NCBI RefSeq assembly: GCF_002113885.1
Contig: NW_018404512.1
Span: forward strand, 1,000,242 to 1,063,870
DNA length: 63,629 nt
Direction of reading: 5' to 3'
Origin: Mizuhopecten yessoensis
Taxonomy: Eukaryota
Shown here: piece after piece, positions 54,826 to 63,629 of the stretch
Position numbering within the stretch: position 1 is the stretch's first letter
Layout of the letters: each line of letters begins with the position of its first letter
Position numbers and translations under genes: made by a program
Notes under the pieces: generated by a model
Told to the model about the DNA's origin: nothing
Databases searched by the model: none
What the model saw: the letters and a program-made list of their open reading frames with translations, nothing else

Positions 54826-57508
54826 TTTTTTCAAATAAATCTGGTATGTGAAAGACACCATACGTCTTGATGGGGCTATCTGTTATGGGGCTTCCCTTTC
54901 CGTCCGTCATCGCTTAGCTTAAGCGTAACAGTCTAGCAGACGACAAGTGTTGGTTACCTACGATTCGGAACGATTTAGCGAGTCGGAAGTCAGTATTTAA
55001 GATGACAATGTTATAAAATAGAAATTGATTTTAAATTGAAAAATCAAATGAGTTAAAAAATAATAATAATACAATGGTGTACCCTTTATGATTTTTGTAA
55101 TGTTATTATTATTTCTCACTACGTTATCTCGGAGAAGGGGAGATAACTATTCTCAGAAACGGTACTATGCGTAGTAATATGAAGTGGTCATTGCGTGTGA
55201 AATCAGCTGACTGGTTGCACGAGGACCGTTGTATTTATAGTGTATTCATAGTCTAATGGCAGTTGTTTTCAGTTGGTAGATTCATATACAGAACAAACAT
55301 CAAGGATGTAAGAAATTCGCATGCGTGCAACATAATCAAAGCAACATGAAAAATAAGACGATGACGTTACTTATGTAGCATAAGACATATTTTGAGAAAG
55401 TTGACTTTGCTTGTTTCGGTATAAGTAACTTAAATTATTTTGAAATTATATGATGATTGAAAATATCGGACTAAATTTAACCTCTTTATTTACACTTTAA
55501 GAGGACAGAACATCTGCATATGAACATTAACAGTTACATGAATACAGGGTAAAATACTGTACCAAAGCGAATGTACATCTAATCAGTCAATGTGTGTATA
55601 ATCTAGGTGTTGACTTCCAAAAAATGCAAAGAATTATATATGAATTGTTTTTTCGCTGCTTTTATTTTTATTTACCATTGTTATCAATCAGCCGTTATTC
55701 AACTTTAGCATATTACATCAGTTATGACCTGTTGTATGTTGTACATTTTGTGATTTTATAACTTTTCTATGGTGACTGTTAACCTCCGTTTTATCTGTTA
55801 TAGGTTTTGCTATGATATTGTCCATGTTAGTGTCTTGATAAAGTGGCAGATGCCTCGAAAATTCGACAATTTCCTTTTTTTTTACGTGCTGTTGCTATTT
55901 TTGTTTGTTCGGATCCGGTGCCCGTATTGCATCGTACTGTCGTTATTATCTCTATATAGATCGTTATTTATTTAAACTGTGACACAACTTCTAGTTAATA
56001 ACTTGCATACTTTACAAACATCGTTTAGTGATTTATTCTTCTTTGATTTACTTATTTTGTTCCATTGATTCAAGTATTAAACAGTTTGACGTTTTCAAAG
56101 TGAATGTTTCACTGTAAATAGCCTTTGGTTTCTTGATGGCCGAGGGGATATATCAGAATATTATACATCAGGAAGACTTGTTTTGTGTAGAACATGTTTG
56201 TTATTCTTGATAACTATTTGTCTCTGTGTCTTATGTTGTGATACTTGACTGTTCACACTTGTTAATAAAAAGGTTTATGTTAATTTGTTTGTGTTAATAC
56301 AGGGGCGGATTACCTAGAAACTTTTACAAATCACTTTGTCCGCTGTGATATAGAAACTGGGGTTTATTCTGGTACATGTACGGTGTACATAAATAGCTTC
56401 TTTAAAAACAGGTCATCTGTTGTAGCCAAAGTTGTAAATATTTAATGGCTATACATACTTGTATAAGCACCTCCCCACCTTTTGGTGTATTCCTCCACAT
56501 TATTAGGACACCATAGACATTGCTTTTTAATGTTTTGATCCTCAAATAACCTGACGAGTTCTCAGTTGCTGGTAATGGCCGTGTGGTGCAGACAAACGTT
56601 ATCTCCGTTTGGCTTTCTCCATCGACATTCAGCACTAACTACTAGGTTCCCCGCCCTGCGATATTTTGGAATTTTAGCAGATTTTGAGGAATACTCCGCA
56701 TGCCCTGAAATGCCAACTGACATCCCTATCGATAGAAAATAGCGTTTTACATCCGATGTTTTAGATACATGTATATGTTTACTTGGATTACAAAACAAAT
56801 GAAATAACAGCTTTAGCATGAGAGTCGATACAGTTTAAACACGGGCTGCATTTGCCTGTACGCGCGACAACACATACACGTACAATCCATAGTCTAGTGT
56901 AAGGCAGTACTAGTGGGAAAACGAGTATAGAAACCCGTCACACACATTCATATCAAATTAGCATTGAATAGTAAAGTGATTCAATTATTCCCTCGATTCC
57001 AAATGCTATTTGAAATGTTTTGCAATTTTCATCATGGTATATTTTCACAATCAATGGGTTGTGAACTTGATATTCCTGATAAGATTCAGATGAGGAATGT
57101 CTATATTGGATATTTCATGCAGCTGACGGATATGAAAAGCATGCAGGTGCGCGTTCCCAATCAGTAAAGACATTTACTTAACCTTAGCTAAAGAGTGCAT
57201 CGACTGTGTTACAAACCTTTGAATTCATCTTCTGTATCTAATGATGACATATTGACATTCTGTTTTCTCTCCATCGATTATATATACAATGTACTTCGGT
57301 GTGTAGGAGGAAACTGCTTTGATGTGATTGAATGGTATCAATCAATGCAATATATCTCAATTTAACAGAAGGATAATTGGAACAAGACAGACTAGTGACC
57401 GACGACTTCTTCATAACGTATGAGAGACTCGAGGAGGATGTAACCCCTGCTGTCTGTAGATACGTACCAGGGAATTGAATATCGCGTACCTAGGATTATA
57501 AATACAAA

Positions 57509-57688
57509 ATGAGAAAGACCAGTCAAGCGCGATATGTGATTCAAAACTGGAGTAAAAGCAACTCGATAGTAAAGACAAAGGACACGGATGTAAAAGACGT
57601 GACCACCACTTCTGAAGCCAGAACAGCTCTGTCCGATTTTGGAGGAAAAACAACTCTCCATGGACTACGCTCGTCTACACGAAGCTAA
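57509..57688 (+). pseudogene. DEG/ENaC (ASIC-like) N-terminal exon remnant with the HG gating motif
   Basis: MRKTSQ...SEARTALSDFGGKTTLHGLR: F-x3-TTLHG is the conserved pre-TM1 motif. A stop follows shortly; an acceptor lies at 57368. Confidence 0.7.
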
Positions 57689-57864
57689 ACACACATCCTT
57701 CTATTGTGTAAACGTTACGCGCAAAATGTAATTATCTATGGTTCGATATTGAAAAAAGTCATAGAATACAATTATACATGTACGATACAAAGAGCCTTCG
57801 TAAACTAAACAACGCTAAAACGGGCATACGGCACTGGGTCACCCATTTGCAATTATTCCTTCAG

Positions 57865-58832
57865 AAATCTCCGACGAAAATTCAATAAACCAGCTTCACC
57901 AAAGTACTTGTTGATGCATGCTCCCATTCATAATAATTACTCAAAAGTACATTGTAAACGCCTGTCTGCCAAATTTGATAACCTGCGAATGGTGCTGAAA
58001 ACTCTCCTTAACCTGACGAATGAAGCACATGCTACCGGATTGTTGATAACGATGATTTGGTCCGTCAACAGGAACGATTTCAAACACACATGAGAAGATT
58101 TGTTTTTGCAAGAAGTTTGTTTAATATTGAAACAGTTAAATGGCCACTTGGAATACTGCAAACTCGCCTCCATAGTTTCCATATTATGTGGCATCATTAA
58201 TCAGAAGTGGTAATGCACATCAACGAACGGTTACATGCAATGCAGCCCGAGCTTCGTAAAATCAAAATAAAGTTTTTCCTTCCTTTGGCAAACATTAAAA
58301 AGAAAATGAACAATTTAATACTTTTTCAAAATGAAACACAGATTTCCATTTCAGAACTTTTGACGTTAGACAGAATTAAGGAATGTATACACAACTTCAA
58401 GACTTATTTTCAACGTCTCACTATTAATGACGTATTATATACTATTATATTTATATGTTGTAAAGCGCTTTAGAGTAATTTTTACAAATTAGATTGGGTG
58501 CTTTATAAATGTTGTATATTATTATAATGAAGTGGCTTAAATTGATTGGATTTAACACACGGAGAAAAAGGTTTTAGAAATATGGAAGACGGTCGTGGAT
58601 GATCAGGATTAGACAGAACCATTCCTATTTGAATCTATGTCAACTTACTCCAGGCTTCTTGGATATTTAGACAGAAATAATCACCAATTTCACATATCTT
58701 GAACATCTATGCCATTTTCGTACTTTTATTGTAATCAATTAACTTTTCTTTATGACTACGTTAACAAAACTAATTGATGATTCCAAGTATTATAAAGAAG
58801 CCGCCCCTATTGACAGTGAGTTAATTAATGAG
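57865..58832 (+). pseudogene. Putative decayed DEG/ENaC extracellular exon(s)
   Basis: Starts after an ttccttcag acceptor and ends ...YYKEAAPIDSE..ATGAG|gtcagt (phase 2 fits the next exon if a 4-nt duplication is removed). Interrupted by an L2-like tail at about 58455-58530. Confidence 0.35.
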
Positions 58833-59135
58833 GTCAGTTACTTTTTTCATTTCACTTGTGAGATTTGATTCAGCTTTTCCTATTAATCTAATTAATTTAA
58901 AAACCTTTTTTTTTCAATTTCATTCACAAAATCTGGTTTCATATTATGAAATGATATTAAAAAATCAGATTTTGTGAATGAATGTTTTTAATTTTGAAAT
59001 ATTTCAATTGAAAACATCATTGTTGCATATTGAATAGTGACCATTACCAACTTTAGTAGATTATTACATGTACCAGCTATACGTTTAAAATGATTCTGAT
59101 ATGGGTGTCGTTTAGTCTGCTCAATAAATTTTCAG

Positions 59136-59229
59136 AGATAGCTTCTTGCAAATGGATGTGTTCTTCAAGCAGCTGAGTTACGAGGAAATTCAACGACATC
59201 GCGTACATATGTATTTTCCCCCTTTTTTT
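59136..59229 (+). pseudogene. DEG/ENaC penultimate exon, frameshifted
   Basis: ttttcag|A-DSFLQMDVFFKQLSYEEIQ, then DIAY and VFS..F in shifted frames, then |gtaagt. It is 94 nt, but 92 or 95 nt is needed to stay in frame with the next exon. Confidence 0.85.
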
Positions 59230-59710
59230 GTAAGTATTCACTTCATAAATTACCGACAATTTGGAATTATTTATAAGTCATAAACCTTCTGCTCATAATT
59301 ACAAATTACTCCATGGAAGTAAAAATATTATTTATTTATTTTTTATTCAGAAATATAACATCTTTAGACGTACACCTAGTTTACAATATACCTACATGTA
59401 CCAAGTAAACAAAGCAACATTCAATAGAACTAAACACAAGCCATGTGCATTGTGTAAGATACCGGCTAGTCAATTAAATTTGCATTTAACCAATACAAAA
59501 TAATATCAGTATAATGACATTGTACTTTGCATTACCTATATCTTGGAGGTGTAGCAACGATAAAATTAAGTAAGCACTGTAGAAAACAGCCCGAGTAAAC
59601 AAGTAATTTGGCTGAAGTCGTAGTTCAAATTAGGTTCATCGTATATGTAAAGAATGAGTTTTATATATGTATTTACATAGCTGTATGTATCTGCGCTCTT
59701 TTATGTACAG

Positions 59711-59793
59711 GCGACATCGGTGGATCAATGGGACTGCTACTAGGAGCAAGTGTGTTGTCTGTTTTTGAAATAATTGAATTTCTTTCTGTTTAA
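59711..59793 (+). pseudogene. DEG/ENaC last exon (TM2 with the GAS selectivity filter)
   Basis: tacag|GC-DIGGSMGLLLGASVLSVFEIIEFLSV*; the TAA immediately after TM2 may be premature. Confidence 0.9.
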
Positions 59794-61129
59794 ACTTTTA
59801 TAACATTAAGAGGTATTTTCGAAAATGAAACCCAGATGATGCAATAGTGCAAGATGCTAGCCGATGTATAGGATGTTATACATGTTTTGTAACTAATGTT
59901 TAACATTAATTTGATCAGTGAATTTAAGATCATTTGATACAAATTGTGTAATTTTACAAATTTGACTACATAATAGTCTGTTTTGAGATTGTATAGCAAG
60001 TAACCTGGTGTCCGTCTGTCTACTTGTGAAATGGGATATAAAAGAGACAAACCATAGTACGTGACATATTGAGAATAAACTGTAAGCTTTGATCAGCTGT
60101 TCTAGGATATACATGTACTACTAGAGCCTGTTCGTTTATGTGGAACAACCGGTAAGTTCGTTTCTAAATGTAACATTTTCGGGTACAAATCCTGGTGGAC
60201 ATGCAAAGGTTTATGGAGGCCTTGCAAAGCTTGGTCTTGGCTCGCCTGAAAGCACCATCTGATTACGGGGTCCGACCTTGTTTCATGAAAGAATAACTGT
60301 TGAGTGATGGTGCAACGCACCAAATAAGCGCGGGCACACCATGCACATATAGTGTGCATAATTAAGCGATTAAACAATCGGGACGTTGTGCGATAAACTG
60401 CACACATAAGTACGATATGGTAAAATATGGTATAATAGAAATGTGACTGAATATGGCAGCATACAAATGTACTTAAAGAAAGAAAGCTACGAGTTTAAGA
60501 ACGAAATCGTACTTATTCACTAGTCAACCCTTGATATATATCAATAAAGATACTTAGGGATCGTAATACTTTTCCATCGTGCACAAATCGTGCTCGCACC
60601 GTGTAAACACCGCGCACATCGCGTAACGTTATGCGATCGAACAACTGTATGTATGAACAATCTCTGACAGAACGTAACTTTTACCACTTTTTGACGATAT
60701 GAACATTTTCCGATCTCTTGAATATTACTGGAACAACTACAACACATGTGCATTTTAATATGTATGATGTTTTCAGGGATTGTGATGGAAAAGGGCAATG
60801 GCAATTTCTCACTTCAAACTACAACTCGGTCTAACAAGGACCTTTAGAAACACTGTTCTTATGTTCAGACATACTGCCTTATTTACCGACAACGTTTATA
60901 TACATTTAATATTGCTTTATTAAATCCATATTTTTAAAGCTTTTTGTGCAAGCATTATTGTAATCAGCAAATAATAAGTCAAATGGTTATCGGGGTACTT
61001 GTAAACAATTCCAGTTACAAAACAATATCATTTCTCTAACTTGTACATATACACTTTATTAATTAAAAAAAGAATGAAACAAGCTATTTGAACTAATACC
61101 AGTCATTCCTGTTGGCCCGTATGGTAACA

Positions 61130-61182
61130 AGCATGGATCTTTATGTGAGAGCAAACCGGAGTACTCGGAGAAAATCCACTTG
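61130..61182 (-). mobile_element. SINE V-domain-like fragment
   Basis: aaaccggagtactcggagaaaatccac is the reverse complement of the gtgggttttctccgggtactccggttt motif. Confidence 0.45.
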
Positions 61183-62375
61183 TTTTGCCTAGGTGTTATC
61201 CACTGCGCCTTCCGATGTGTGTGTCGTGTTCGATGGAGGTAGTTTTATCATTTTGTTTGCGTTCCTCTGATGACATAGGATATGGTATAACATGTCATCG
61301 CCCGTTTGCGTGTAACGTTCCTCAAAATTATAGGGATGTCCATAATGATTATATAGGAAATACTTCCGAATATAACGATAGCAGCAACATAACCCATCAC
61401 CATACACGACGTTCTATCATCATGTACACTCATACGCTTTCGCTTGTAAGATGACAGGGCTGTTTTGTTGATTCTAAGACTCCTGATCACGCTGGCGAAG
61501 TCCCTTCCTACAGTGAAGGTGTATGGTTCAGGATGACACGTACATAATGACATGTTAGTATTCAGGGAGGTGGATGTGTCTGTGAAATCAAAGATGTCAC
61601 TTCATACATGTGTAGGGTGTTAAACGAATGGAAATATGTATAATGCACAATTTGTTTACTTATAGTAGCATTGTTATGAATATCCACTTCAATATTTATA
61701 GACAAAGAAGATAGAATGAAATAATGATCAGCGTTATTACTATAATAGTTTATTAATGTCTGTCATCATTTCTTTAAATCGTGTACTATGACAAACATCA
61801 AAAATGTTACACGGTTAGCATCAATGATATTATATAATGACTAGCATCAATATAGGAATAGCCTCATATGACATTTAGCATCAATATAACATAGTGGCAA
61901 ATATAGAAAACGTAATAGTGTAATATATTGAAAAAAGTTCACTACTTTTAGTTTTGCTTTTTTTGCGATAGTGTCTCACATTTATCGATCATCACCGAGA
62001 ATGAAATTAGCGGAAAGAGCGCTAAGAATTATAGATATATAAAAGCTACTGTATTTGAAATTAAGGGTTCCTGTCCTCAACATACATAATCTGTTTGGCC
62101 TTTCTTTGCGATAGTGTCTCTCATAGATTATAGGTACTTTAATTAAATTTGTAAAAAAACCGTTGACAAGCCGCTGGAATACGCTGTTTAGTCTTTTCGT
62201 ATACTTACGGAAAAAGATAATGCCAGTTAAGAGTAATGAAATGAATGAGAAGTGTGAACTTACCAATTGGTGTTGTAGTGCTAGTAACGACTGGTGCTAT
62301 TTGAGTTGTCGACTGCTTCACAACACCTGTATAATAATTGTAATATAACTAGGTAGTAACTCTGAGTATCATACA

Positions 62376-63629
62376 ACTCTTACAATTACACAACAAAGTT
62401 TAAATGATGAGCTCTGTCGTCCGAGCAGAGCAGGGCGTTACCATAATCCAGCCGAGCGGTAACAAGTGCATGCACCAAAATCTTGCATGCATCTGCAGTT
62501 AGAAACTGACGTTGCATTCCACCTCAAGATGCTATTACAGCATGTTATATCAAAACTAGTTCTAGAACTGATGCTAGCATTGCCAAGATGTTATTACACC
62601 ATGTTATATCAAAACTAGTTCTAGGACTGATGCTAGCATTGCCAAGATGTTATTGCACCATGTTATATCAAAACTAGTTCTAGAACTGATGTTAGCATTG
62701 CCAAGATGTAATTACACCATGTTATATCAAAACTATTTCTTAAAATGATGTTAGCATTGCCAAGATGTTATTACACCATGTTATATCAAAACTAGTTCTA
62801 GAACTGATGTTAGCATTGCCAAGATGTTATTACACAATGGTACTCTTACAATTACACAACAAAGTTTAAATGATGAGCTCTGTCGTCCGAGTAGAGCAGG
62901 GCGTTACCATAATCCAGCCGAGCGGTAACAAGTGCATGCACCAAAATCTTGCATGCATCTGCAGTTAGAAACTGACGTGGCATTCCACCTCAAGATGCTA
63001 TTACAGCATGTTATATCAAAACTAGTTCTAGAACTGATGTTAGCATTGCCATGATGTTATTACACCATGTTATATCAAAACTATTTCTAAAAATGATGTT
63101 AGCATTGCCAAGATGTTATTGCACCATGTTATATCAAAACTAGTTCTAGAACTGACGTTGCATTCCATCTCAAGATGTTATTACACCATGTTATATCAAA
63201 ACTAGTTCTAGAACTGACGTTGCATTCCATCTCAAGATGTTATTACACCATGTTATATCCAATCTAGTTCTAGAACTGATGTTAGCATTGCCAAGATGTT
63301 ATTACACCATGTTATATCAAAACTAGTCCTAGAACTGATGTTAGCATTGTCAAGATGTTATTACACCATGGTATATAAAAACTAGTTCTAGAACTGATGT
63401 TAGCATTGCCAAGATGTTATTACACCATGTTATATCAAAACTATTTCTAAAAATGATGTTAGCATTGCCAAGATGTTATTACACCATGTTATATCAAAAC
63501 TAGTTTTAGAACTGACGTTGCATTCCATCTCAAGATGTTATTACACCATGGTATATCCAAACTATTTCTATAACTGATGTTTACGTCGCCAAGATGTTAT
63601 TACACCATGTTATATCAAAACTAGTTCTA
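62376..63629. repeat. 59-bp satellite array with a duplicated 150-bp leader (466-bp macro-unit); runs off the right edge
   Basis: Unit caagatgttattacaccatgttatatcaaaactagttctagaactgatgttagcattgc; leader actcttacaattacacaac... at 62376 and 62842. Confidence 0.95.

Larger units (their letters stand above)
52128..55180 (-). mobile_element. Crypton DNA transposon (tyrosine recombinase), formerly autonomous; right boundary approximate
   Basis: 169-bp terminal palindrome at 52128-52296 next to a spliced YR gene remnant. Confidence 0.82.

Noticed and set aside
55273-55307. 35-nt splice-bounded segment, possible 5' exon of the ASIC-like gene
   Set aside because: Too short and without homology; such sites arise by chance in AT-rich DNA.
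58919-58982. 17-bp inverted repeat in the ASIC-like intron
   Set aside because: Real but probably a collapsed MITE remnant, with no evidence of function.
62403-62440. Hammerhead-like tgatgag-stem motif
   Set aside because: Lacks the leading C of CUGA and the GAAA after stem II in both copies.
62376-63629. CRISPR-like leader plus repeat array
   Set aside because: Units are contiguous with no unique spacers, there are no cas genes, and the context is eukaryotic.

Overview
AT-rich, intron-containing animal genomic DNA. The SINE, Crypton, Polinton and CR1 repertoire suggests a mollusc or another lophotrochozoan (inference). Most listed ORFs are noise or repeat translations. Host genes: (1) an apparently intact 3-exon minus-strand gene (32256-32196, 21282-21088, 19923-19787) with a TATA/Inr promoter. 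It encodes a 130-aa predicted secreted protein with two copies of a C-x10-CC-x9-C module I do not recognise, and the ORF track does not assemble it. (2) A decayed DEG/ENaC (ASIC-like) channel gene at about 57.5-59.8 kb that appears internally deleted. Mobile DNA: an 8.5-kb defective Polinton/Maverick with AGTAGT-type ends, a 6-bp TSD, a PolB remnant and 2-3 kb inverted arms; a spliced Crypton tyrosine-recombinase element; a head-to-tail dimer of a non-autonomous Crypton; a Penelope fragment with a degenerate hammerhead ribozyme; L1/Tx1, two CR1 and other LINE remnants; SINE fragments; a Helentron/HINE-like element; and several mini/satellites. All alignments and mismatch counts were done by eye, and no database searches were run.
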